A stretch of DNA of 62,039 nt, the filler included, from Stramenopiles sp. TOSAG23-2 (Eukaryota): assembly GCA_900128395.1 (NCBI GenBank). It is 23 parts of 23 records of this genome, joined end to end, with 100 filler letters (N's around TTAATTAATTAA, not from the genome) between each part and the next. Parts side by side here need not be neighbours in the genome. Positions count along the whole stretch, not along the records: positions 34,335 to 37,083 come from LT651544.1; positions 37,184 to 39,932 come from LT651545.1; positions 40,033 to 42,780 come from LT651546.1; positions 42,881 to 43,880 come from LT654098.1; positions 43,981 to 44,980 come from LT654099.1; positions 45,081 to 47,827 come from LT651547.1; 17 more parts are not named here. The stretch is one strand, 5' to 3'. Position numbers and translations under genes: made by a program. This document shows positions 34,391 to 45,180 of the stretch, one piece after another. Position 1 is the first letter of the stretch. The number at the start of each line of letters is the position of its first letter. The notes below the pieces were generated by a model. That model searched no databases. It had not been told where the DNA came from and saw only the letters and a program-made list of their open reading frames with translations.

Positions 34391-37083
34391 ACGGAAGCAG
34401 CAGTAGCAGCAGCAGTAGCAACAACAACAACAACAACAACAATAAAAATAACATCGCGCCACTTAGTGTTCAGGTACGCACGAAATTAGAGTCTGGATAT
34501 ATGGAAATTAGATCTATGAAATTTAAGGCTAACGATATACCTATTACAAACGAAGAAGTAGATGAAAATGGCGATGAAAAAGGTTTTTGGGAAGTTACAG
34601 ATATAAATAAGCCTGTTTGGAACTTTTTTGAGAAACATCAAAAAGGCTTTGCTCAATACCTGCTAGATAAAAGACAAAATTGTGAACACCTTACAAAATT
34701 TTCTTGTTCTTTGGATTACCATGTTGTATGTATACAGAAGACAGCCATAGAAAAACAATATATTGAGCTTATTGTACCTTCTATATTAATATGCGATGAA
34801 AATGGAGTAGAGCTTCGTAAACAGGACGGAAAAGGACCGATAAAATTTGACGGAAAGGCGAAACACATGTGGACACCCACCAATCCCCAAAACTATACAC
34901 ATCCATTGCTATATATATATGCAAAAGATAGCCCATTCCCTGATGTTTCAGATAACGAGACAGTAACACCCGGTTCAAGCAGTGGAGGTGGAAATAGTGA
35001 TGGTGAAAATAGTAGTGATGATGAAAATAGAAGTGAGGATGAAAATAGTAGTGATGATGACCTCTCTGAAGATAGAAACAACTCTTCTACTGGTGGAAGC
35101 AACAATAATTCAAACCAGAACAATGGTAATCCAACTCAAGCTGCTTTTCGAGGTATGTTTAACTCTAATAGTAAATTAGAAAACTTTGAAAAAGCAAAAA
35201 AAATAATTCAAACATTTATAAATACTACAAGTAGTAAAAATTTAAACGCAAAGGAATTATTTAATTACAAATTTGATTCATCATTGTTTTTTCAAAATCG
35301 TTGTGCGCTTGACTATATAATATGCACATTAAATGAACCGGCAGGTATGGATGTAGACTATATAATATCTACATTTGATGTACCGGAAGGTATGGATGCC
35401 GACACGTACACAGACAAATCATCATTTGCGCACCGTTTTCGACTAGGTGGTAAATCGTTGGCCCATTTAGCTACTGAGATATGGGATCAACCATTCGTTA
35501 TATCTTTACTGAAAAATGGCCATGATTTTAATGCAAAAGATAACAATGGAGAAACTCCATATGATATTGCAAAACGCAAAGGTTTTAGTGACATTTGTGA
35601 TGCTCTGTGGGAATATAGGACACCGAAAGAGGATGCAGTCGTGGCAGAAGGTGGGATTGAAATCATTAGTGAAAGTAAACAACCTAGCAATACCGAACAA
35701 ATTGAAATTACTGATAATGACAGCTACCAGAGCACTACGACTACAACTACGACTACAACTACGACTACAAACATACCATCTCAAGCCAATTCTAGTAATA
35801 AATATGATAAAATATCTCAAGCCATATCTAGTAACGCAAATGACAAAATAGCGGACGACGAAGATGAAGAAGCGGTTTCAGCAGACGAAGTATCAGTTCT
35901 CCTATATGATGAACCCAATACTAATACGAACAACGATGGCAAGAACGCAGAAAATCCTGGGTACTTTAGAATGAAATTAAATGAAGAGAAAATGAATAAC
36001 AGTGGTGCGACCGATTACATGATGATGCAAAAGACTCCAAGTAAACAACCTAGCAATAGAAACCAGGTTGAAAATCATCAAGGCAATACTAATACGAACG
36101 CACCAGCAGTTTGGGTACGAGGTCCTCCCTTTCATGATCCTTTTAATGGCGTGGTAAATTTAAGTCGTATAAGTAAAGAAGAAGAAGAAGCATTCGGTAA
36201 AGAAAGAGAATCATTGAAAAACAAATTGAATTTAATTGTGGAACATAAAAAGTCAGGAGAAACGAGAGAACGATTGAAATCGTTAAAACAACAAGGGAAA
36301 ATTTATTTTAGTAAAAATGGTAAAATAGTATCAATAGAAAATAAAGCAAAATATTCTTTCCACAAACAGAAACGTAAAAATGATGGAAAGCCAAAATATG
36401 ATTCCATAGGAAACCGATTCTCCAAATTCCGGAATAAATTGCAAAGGAATCATATTTATTTGAATCGTAGTATGAAATGGTGGAAGGAATTTTTAAAAGA
36501 CATATTGGAAAAAGAAGTATTTTTGACAGAAAATGAAAAAATCCGAAAATTGTTTATTGACATATGCAAAAAAGTTGTGGAAGAATTACCACCAGATCCT
36601 TACTCCGAGCCAAATCGTCAAATACAGATAGATGACAATGGAAAAATAAAATCAATTAGTACCAACACAAATTATAAGATCTTCGGTAAATACGTAGACA
36701 TAGGAAAGAAATTCAAGCATTTCCAAAAAAGCATGAGAAATGATTTTAGCTGGGGTATTTGGGGTCAATCAAAGGAATGGTGGAAGCAAAATACATCACA
36801 TATATTCGCAAAGGAAGTATTTGTTGCTAAAAAAAAAAAAATCTCCTGGAAATGCCAAGATTGGAATCGTAGTAGTAGTAAGAGCATCTTAAGAACTACT
36901 AGTACTACTACTACTTCTACTACTAGTAGTAGTAGTAGTAGTAGCAGCAGTAGCAGTCGTAGTCGTAGTAGTCGTAGTAGTAGTAGCCAAGATTGGAGTG
37001 AAAAAGAGTTTGATGCCTTGACAGAAGTAATAAGAAAGTATTTTGCTTCCACCATTCCTTTGATTGACCCCAAATACCCCAGC
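34336..37083 (+). CDS. Large multidomain protein with ankyrin repeats, Ser/Thr tracts and a duplicated unknown module (partial at both ends)
   Basis: Frame is open from (AGT)n at the contig start. GKSLAHLA..LLKNGHDFNAKDNNGETPYDIAKRKG is ankyrin. The end WSEKEFDALTEVIRKY may start a Myb/SANT-like domain. Confidence 0.8.
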
Positions 37084-37655
37084 NNNNNNNNNNNNNNNNN
37101 NNNNNNNNNNNNNNNNNNNNNNNNNNNTTAATTAATTAANNNNNNNNNNNNNNNNNNNNNNNNNNNNNNNNNNNNNNNNNNNNGCTCTTTACTAATACCA
37201 CAACCACTGTACTCCTTTTCTTGTGTACCAAACGTTCCGGTATGAAAAATATATGTGTATATATAATATATTGCGTGTATTATATGTTGTATATTACCTA
37301 TGGTCGAGTGGTATATATATATATGTATATATTATTCAAATATATATTTGTTCCTTGTAATAATATAATTGCACAATTCACACACATGTATATCTACCTC
37401 GAACATACATATTAATATATATATTTATTTTTGTCTTTCGAAAGACGTTATACAGGTTTCTCTTGTGTGTGAGGAAAAAAAGCCAAAAGCCGGGCCGTAA
37501 AACGTTCATGAAAAAATATTATATTATACCTTAAAAATCAAGTTCTCTCTGCCGGAGCTTTATAGAGCGAAAAATGCAAATAGAAAGATGGATTATATAA
37601 GTTATGAAAACCCAAACATATAGTTGTTAGTAGCTATATATAGTATATTCTTCTA

Positions 37656-37885
37656 AGTCCAAAAATTTGAAACAAGAATAAGAGAAATACAACATCAATA
37701 CAACATCATCCTATTTCTTTCTTGGGTGTAAATAAATAAAATTGCATTATTTGCCTGTGAGTGGTTCTTTAGTCCAAAAATTTGAAACAAGAATAAGAGA
37801 AATACAACATCAATACAACATCATCCTATTTCTTTCTTGGGTGTAAATAAATAAAATTGCATTATTTGCCTGTGAGTGGTTCTTT
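37656..37885. repeat. Exact tandem duplication, 2 x 115 bp, intergenic
   Basis: 37656-37770 = 37771-37885. Confidence 0.95.
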
Positions 37886-37957
37886 TTTTTTTTTTATTTT
37901 AAATTTCATTACCATATATCAATTTATTATATTCATTTTAGATAATATTAATATATA

Positions 37958-39220
37958 ATGATACAATTTGATGAAGAAGATTCAATATTACAAGCAAAAT
38001 ATGCCATAAGAGAAAAACGTCATCCAAATCAATGGCCAAAGTGTGAAAAAATTGATAATAAGAATAGTGTACATTTATTTAAAAGCTTTCAATGTAAATT
38101 CCCAGAAACATTAACTATCGATGAAAAAGATTCAATATCTACAAAAGAATTTCAAGAAAAAATTGAAAAAAAAAGTACACCAGCATTACTTCGTGGATAT
38201 ATGGAAGATTGGAACTGTTATAAAAAAACTCTTAGTAATGGTAAGGACAATGAAAAAGAATGGACACTAGAAAAATTATGTACTAGGAATTTTATAAATT
38301 GTGTTCATTTTCAATGTGGTGTTGATAAAAATGGTATTGACGTTAGCTGTAATGGTAAGGACAATGAAAAAGAATGGACACTAGAAAAATTATGTACTAG
38401 GAATTTTATAAATTGTGTTCATTTTCAATGTGGTGTTGATAAAAATGGTATTGACGTTAGCTTAAACTTGAGAGAATATATGGAAAATTATGTTATTGGT
38501 TGCAATGATCGTAATCCTATGGGAATTTTTGATGCTGTAGTAATGGAACATGAAGAAGCGAATTTAATTGATGATTTTGCAAGTCCATCAATATTTTCTG
38601 ATGATGATTATTTAAAGTATATACAACCAATATCACGCCCACCTTTTCAATGGTTTATTCATGGAGGTGTGAATGCTGGGACACCTGTACACCAAGATCC
38701 AATGGGTACGCATGCTTGGAATGCATTATGTAGTGGTAAAGTTTTGTGGGTTTTGTTTCATCCATCAATACCAGAAGATTTATTGCCAACAAAATCGCTA
38801 GACATTGGAATAAATAATGATGATGAAGATGATGATGATGATCTTTGGGAAGATTTATACTCTTGGTTTTATTTAGAATTACCTGAAATTCGTAATGAAA
38901 TTAAATTATATTTTGACAATAATAATAATAAAGAAAAGAATAATAATAATACCAATGATAACGATGTCGATCAAGGTGAATGGTGGTATCGTGAGATTAT
39001 ACAATTGCCTGGTGAAATTGTTTTTATTCCATCTGGTTGGCATCAAGCTTGTATAAATTTAGAAGAATCAACAGCAATAACACAAAATTATTGTTCCAAA
39101 ACTAATTTAGGTAAATGTTATTCAATGATGGAAGATAAATATTTAGCAAATGAATGGTATTCAATGGTGGATATATACGAGAAGAATCTAATACCGAAAA
39201 TGGGTTGTCGATATTGTTAA
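37958..39220 (+). CDS. JmjC-domain protein, JMJD6-like, with an exact in-frame 114-bp duplication (38235-38462)
   Basis: RPPFQWF..GTPVHQDPMGTHAWNALCSG..WVLF and IQLPGEIVFIPSGW..NLEESTAITQNY. Confidence 0.88.
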   Translation: MIQFDEEDSILQAKYAIREKRHPNQWPKCEKIDNKNSVHLFKSFQCKFPETLTIDEKDSISTKEFQEKIEKKSTPALLRGYMEDWNCYKKTLSNGKDNEKEWTLEKLCTRNFINCVHFQCGVDKNGIDVSCNGKDNEKEWTLEKLCTRNFINCVHFQCGVDKNGIDVSLNLREYMENYVIGCNDRNPMGIFDAVVMEHEEANLIDDFASPSIFSDDDYLKYIQPISRPPFQWFIHGGVNAGTPVHQDPMGTHAWNALCSGKVLWVLFHPSIPEDLLPTKSLDIGINNDDEDDDDDLWEDLYSWFYLELPEIRNEIKLYFDNNNNKEKNNNNTNDNDVDQGEWWYREIIQLPGEIVFIPSGWHQACINLEESTAITQNYCSKTNLGKCYSMMEDKYLANEWYSMVDIYEKNLIPKMGCRYC

Positions 39221-39535
39221 GAATGTCTGTAAATAATGTTTACCATTCCATGCACCAATATATTTTTTTATTATTTATCTTCATCCAGCATTAATATGAT
39301 CATTCAAGGTTTATTACTAGTGTCTAGTGTGAGAATTGTCTCAGTTATTGTATTATTTTATATAAATTATTATATGCGTAAATTAAATTAATATTATTTA
39401 CCAGATTATATATATTATAACTTTTTAGATTTTAACCATCATTATATAATTATAAAAATATTTATTATATAAAAATTTTAAAATATTTAAATATTTTTTT
39501 AATTATAAATATATATATATATATATATACGAAGA

Positions 39536-39932
39536 TTGATTAAAGAATGTGATTTACAACTTTATGAAGGAGTAGACTTTTCACCTAACTCTAAATTTAC
39601 TGCCGGAGCAGCTTTATCTGAGACACATGACAGAGACCACATCAGCAGGAATGACTCTATTCGTCACACATCGGTTCAATCAAAAACAAATACAACAACC
39701 GATAAACGAATGGCGAACTCCCATGATGTTGTTCTTCAACTGCCTCCTTCAATTGATGATATTGAAGATAGTGAAAATAGTCAATTACAATCATCTCCTG
39801 AGATGTACTCTCTGAGTATTAAAGAGACTCAGGATGTCATGAGCATTGTTGGGCGCGAAATACAATTAACGAAGGACTATACAACAGGTAATGCAACATT
39901 TAAACAAGGAAGTAGAGGGACAGTTATTGAGG
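39536..39932 (+). CDS. Hypothetical protein fragment (3' partial)
   Basis: Open frame of about 130 codons with coding-like composition; no motif recognised. Confidence 0.45.
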
Positions 39933-40349
39933 NNNNNNNNNNNNNNNNNNNNNNNNNNNNNNNNNNNNNNNNNNNNTTAATTAATTAANNNNNNNNNNNN
40001 NNNNNNNNNNNNNNNNNNNNNNNNNNNNNNNNAAAAGTCTAGAATTATTAGGTAAATATTAGGAGCTGAGAAAAAAAATTGAGAACAAAAATTTTACCAA
40101 GATGTGTGTAATACACGTCAAGCACACTCTAATATAATTTTACACAACACTATCTTGATTTCTTATAATAGTCAAATATATTATAAGTTATACGATCGTA
40201 CCTTCCATATAATATGTATATATATATATATATATATATCATAGCATTTATATCGACTAAAGCTCTTACTTCCTTTCAATAATACCTTTCAAATATCATC
40301 CTCTTGTTTATATATATATATTATTTTTTAAAACACTCAAAAAGAAGCT

Positions 40350-41021
40350 GTGTTGATAGAGGTGAATGCAAATGCATCATTTGCTCTTGAAACTGAATTG
40401 GATAAGAAAATCAAATTAAAGGTTGTAAGAGAAGCATTTTTATCAAAGACAATGCCTGATTATGACGGTAGCCAATCCTTTGATGAGATTTCACCATCAT
40501 TTCAAAACAGTGAACGATTTCTTCATAATTGTTTTGTTATCTATAGCAAATTTTCATCTCAAAATTTAAAAAAGCCATCGTCTGAATTAGCACCATTACA
40601 ACGCACTCTTACCAAACGTATTGTTGAAGAGATACTATTAGAACAATTTCAAGATATTTTACCGAAAAAATGTATTGAAGAAATTAAACAAAATAAAATA
40701 TTTCGACCACCTATATATTATTATAATTTTTTAATGGGATTTCAACAGATCTTATCACATTATATTGAACGAGAAGCTGGTATAAAGGTATTGTATGATA
40801 TACTGGCAGCAATGACAGACTTACATTCTAAAATGACAAAAGGTATGAAAAGAAAAGGATTTAATATGACAAAGCCATTAGCATTAAGTGCTACGCAATT
40901 AGGATGGGCAGAACGAGGTGATAGAGTGAAGAGAACAAGTCTTACAAAATTATCTCCAAGAGTCAAAGGTATTACAAATGATTTTAATCGTCAACAAATT
41001 ATCAACAATGGGAAGAAATGA
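40350..41021 (+). CDS. Tubulin-tyrosine-ligase-like (TTLL) 3' exon
   Basis: VLIEVNANASF..ETELDKKIK is the TTL ExN motif. An upstream LELLG followed by GTAAAT near 40039-40057 fits a preceding exon and donor. Confidence 0.6.
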   Translation: MLIEVNANASFALETELDKKIKLKVVREAFLSKTMPDYDGSQSFDEISPSFQNSERFLHNCFVIYSKFSSQNLKKPSSELAPLQRTLTKRIVEEILLEQFQDILPKKCIEEIKQNKIFRPPIYYYNFLMGFQQILSHYIEREAGIKVLYDILAAMTDLHSKMTKGMKRKGFNMTKPLALSATQLGWAERGDRVKRTSLTKLSPRVKGITNDFNRQQIINNGKK

Positions 41022-41329
41022 ATCTCGGTAAAAAATTATAGGAAGAGTGGGTCCGTTAAAATGCATATAATAGCTTTTAGCTTGTAATTTTAAAATTTAT
41101 TTAATATTACTCGCGTATTTTTTTTTACTCGTATATATATGATATGAGAAAACACATATATATGATATGACACCTATGATAAAAGATAAATATAAAATTA
41201 TGCGTAAACTAAAATTATAAAATATTATATGAGATACTCGTAAACACTTTCTCCGTTATCCGGTATATAGCACCCCTCTCATTATCACATGTCACACGAA
41301 TTATGTATATATATTATATATACCACAAA

Positions 41330-42016
41330 TTAATTAAATAAATTTTTTATTTGTTGCATGAATTGATTTGATGCACATTGATCACTTGGCGATGGTGTAT
41401 TACAATTACCTTTATAACTGCCAATGTCCCATACTGATGCAGGAATAGAAGATACTTCTTCAAAGTTTGTATAATCAATTGTAAGATTACCAAGTTCTTT
41501 TCCAAATGGATGAAGATCACGTATCATTTGTACTGGTTTTTTTGTCTTATCACTTACATACAAATATAATTCATTCATTGGAATTGGACCTAAATTATCA
41601 CCCCATTTGTATATTGTCGTATCAACACCATTCACAACGGCAGTACCAGCATTAGTAGCTTTGGGCATTGCTGGTTGACATAGTGAATCACCAGCATCAC
41701 ATATTGTTGGTGTATCTGGCTCACACCAAAGCATACAGTGACGTGCACCACCATATATCTTGATATAATATACTTTTCCATCTCCACCATTTGCTTTGTA
41801 ATCTGTAATTACAAGGCCATATGCGGATGTATTCGAAAATGCTGCTTCTCTTTGATTTGTCTCATCAAAATATACTTCAGCGCTACCATGTTGTCCATTA
41901 AAATTAGTTATAGTTTCAAAAGCATGCCACATTTTCGGAAACGTCGGTGCTTGCCCATTGCAAGAAAGAAGAACAGTGGCTAGGACCATAACTACGATTG
42001 TGATTGATTTTTGCAT
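41330..42016 (-). CDS. Secreted ependymin-related (EPDR/LolA-fold-like) protein
   Basis: Signal peptide; PTFP..VYFDETNQR..DY..GKVY..C..GTAVVNGV..W..KPV..YTNF..IPASVW..C pattern. Confidence 0.55.
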   Translation of the reverse strand: MQKSITIVVMVLATVLLSCNGQAPTFPKMWHAFETITNFNGQHGSAEVYFDETNQREAAFSNTSAYGLVITDYKANGGDGKVYYIKIYGGARHCMLWCEPDTPTICDAGDSLCQPAMPKATNAGTAVVNGVDTTIYKWGDNLGPIPMNELYLYVSDKTKKPVQMIRDLHPFGKELGNLTIDYTNFEEVSSIPASVWDIGSYKGNCNTPSPSDQCASNQFMQQIKNLFN

Positions 42017-43697
42017 GATTGTAGTAGATATAAATATATATATAAGTATAAATGATAAAAAATAGTAATGTATAAGTGAATACGATGATAAATGTTCTTT
42101 TCTTTCTATGTATTATAGAAGCTATATCTACGATTGGTTTCATCTATTATTCATTCTTTTTCATCTACGAGGCGGTATATATCTATAGCGTTTTTTAAAG
42201 AAGCGTTTTTTTGGTGGCTTCTTTATCTTCTTTCTTCTTTCGTTCTCTTCTTTGTTCTTTGCTGGTTTGCCCAGCCAGCCAGCAACCAGCAAGAATGTAC
42301 CTATCAAATATTTATAGTATACTAAATCTGCACTTATCACAACCCCACTGTTTTCGACAAATTTACAGGATTTAGATTGTACTATAACAACAATTATGGT
42401 TAAGGTATAGGCATTATTTAGCTTCGTTACAATTTTATCATGAGATTCTTCTTTATATTTTTTTACAATATGCAAATGATTAAATGCACACATTTTTCAA
42501 TCAATGTAATATATTTTAATGTATTTGTTTACATGTATATTATATTATTTTAATATCATCAATTACTAATTTAACAATGGGTAAATCAAAAAAAAGGCGC
42601 CATGGTCGAAGTAAAAAGAACAGAAAGAATAATCGACTAGCTCCAAAAATAGAAGAAAACTATACACATGATGACAAGACGGATAGTTGCAAAGTATTTA
42701 CAATCATATGAGGAATTGTCACATGGGAGTAGCTTTTTCACCTAACTCTAAGTCACAGACAGAGGAAGAATCTTTTGAATNNNNNNNNNNNNNNNNNNNN
42801 NNNNNNNNNNNNNNNNNNNNNNNNTTAATTAATTAANNNNNNNNNNNNNNNNNNNNNNNNNNNNNNNNNNNNNNNNNNNNCGGTATAAATTATAAATATA
42901 TATTAAATTACAAATAATTGTAATAATTTATACGGTTATATTTTATTAGAAAAAATTTTTTTTCCTAATGTATAATACCAGGTAGTATGTTTTCCTTACC
43001 TGGTACACTCTGGCACTGTGGTACAGTCGTCTAACCTACCACCAGTGGTAAGTCCTCGTATCAAAGAGGACAGGCCGCTATTTGTGATACATATCATTTC
43101 TATGTGAGATTTTCCTTTACACCTGGTAATAAGCTGGAAAGCACAATCAGGCATGATTTTTAAGGACCAAGTATAAATTTAATATAAACCATTTAATACG
43201 AGGAAATAGTCGTCTACATAGCTTGTCTATATTATAGCTATTATTGCTAGTACTATAGTATCAACCAGTAATTTATGCATACCTTAAATTGATGTATTAT
43301 TTTATTGCACAGCCTTTTTTTTTGTAGCAGCTGCGGTATTTTTGTGTTTTGATGTGTTGATGTGTGATGTGGTATGTTGTGGTATGTTCCAATATTCTGA
43401 TAGAAAGAGTCTGACGACGCAGACTAGTATTCTGACTATTCTAGTATTTCTCCCAGGTATTATTTAGTACTAAATAATATTGGCACATTGTTGTGCTTTT
43501 TTTTTTATCTGTTGAGGTGCCGAAAGAAGATTAAGAAGAAGATGATGATGTAGTATTTTTATTTTTTACTACAGCTTTTATCATACAAACAGAAAATCTG
43601 ATTGGTAATTAGACAGTCAAAACATATATTATAGCCATAAATTGCTTGGGATTTCGTTAAACACCATTACATCATTGTAAAGAAATTTTTAATAAAT

Positions 43698-43880
43698 ATG
43701 AGTCAATTATCAAATAGTAGACGCAAGTCTATGATATCGCCTCAAGCAAGTCCAACTAAGAAAACCAGCCCGAATCAAAATCTATTAACAAGGCGCGCAT
43801 CTACAGGAAATATGCCTTCTCGTCCAATACCTCAAGTTAATGCGATAACAGACGATAACAGAAGGGTGTTGAAGAAAGGG
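43698..43880 (+). CDS. N-terminus of hypothetical protein (3' partial)
   Basis: ATG after an AT-rich leader; open to the contig end. Confidence 0.55.
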
Positions 43881-43980
43881 NNNNNNNNNNNNNNNNNNNN
43901 NNNNNNNNNNNNNNNNNNNNNNNNTTAATTAATTAANNNNNNNNNNNNNNNNNNNNNNNNNNNNNNNNNNNNNNNNNNNN

Positions 43981-44980
43981 GAGGCAACACGAACTGATAA
44001 TGAACTTCTTGAAACAATGCTTAAAGAAATGAAACATATTCGAGTGAACATCTCCCTGAATCTTCTAGACCTCCATGAAAATGATGATAAGAAAATGCCA
44101 GAGATAAACATGCGTACACTTGATGAGGATCGATGTAAGTACTGTATTGATATATTAATCATACATTTAGATATATTCGTTTAGGATATTAGAACTAACC
44201 CAAAATACATACAAATATACATACACGCACTTATGTAGTGGTTAACATTTTTGGCGAAAAGCAAGATGCCATGACACTTGATAAAATTTTGAGAGAGTGT
44301 TTAAAGCGTGAGAAGGAAGTCGAAGAGTTAACGAAAGAAGAAGTAGAATTTTATAAGGAGAAATTTCATACATATGATAAAGATCTTGATGATAAATTGA
44401 GTAAAAATGAATACGATACCATGGTCCGAGAGAATAATCTAGCTCCTAAAGAAGAAATTATACGCAATGATACCAATCGCAACACCAATGGTAATAAAAC
44501 TCAAGACGTGATTAGTTTTGGTACTTTTGTATTGATGACAGTCTTTGTTATTTTATTCATTGAGAAAGAAGGATTCTTACTTTTTTTTGTGATTGCTACA
44601 TGTGTCAATATATATACTAGGATGCATGAAATCCTGGTTCGCCCACCAAGCTGGAAATCTCAGCTGGGACCACTCTGTATGGATGAATGGGACTTTGAAA
44701 GATTTTTAAAGGATGTTAGGGGTAGGCGCAATCCATTTTTAAGCTTTAATGATTATATTGATACAATTGCTAAAAAAGACTCAAAAAAGCACATAAGGTT
44801 GATGAGAGGAAAATTTGTTGATCAAGTCATCAATCGTTTAAGTTCACTTTACGGCCATACATATCTAGGATGTGATCAAGCTCCAGAGAGTATGTACTCA
44901 GAGAGTTTTGAGTACATTTTTGGAGCAACTTATGAACAGCAGACCGATAATCGAAATAGCAAAGTTCGAATATTGCTTAT
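43981..44980 (+). CDS. EF-hand + transmembrane protein fragment, two exons (43981-44134, 44239-44980)
   Basis: FHTYDKDLDDKLSKNEY is an EF-hand loop and hydrophobic segments follow. Splicing keeps the frame (..EDR-L-VNIF..). Confidence 0.75.
44135..44238 (+). other. Spliceosomal GT-AG intron, 104 nt
   Basis: Donor GTAAGT at 44135, branch-like ACTAAC at 44194, acceptor TAG ending 44238; removal joins two open frames. Confidence 0.85.
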
Positions 44981-45180
44981 NNNNNNNNNNNNNNNNNNNN
45001 NNNNNNNNNNNNNNNNNNNNNNNNTTAATTAATTAANNNNNNNNNNNNNNNNNNNNNNNNNNNNNNNNNNNNNNNNNNNNGTGTTGATATTCTCATAATC
45101 GAAAATACCAATGAAGGTAAATAGATAGTATCAACACTACTCATAATAGCTGATAAATATATATATATACAAAAAACGTT

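Noticed and set aside
39564-42750. Shared ~25-bp word GGAGTAG..TTTTCACCTAACTCTAA at about 39566 and 42726
   Set aside because: Too short and on different contigs; possibly paralogous remnants but not interpretable here.
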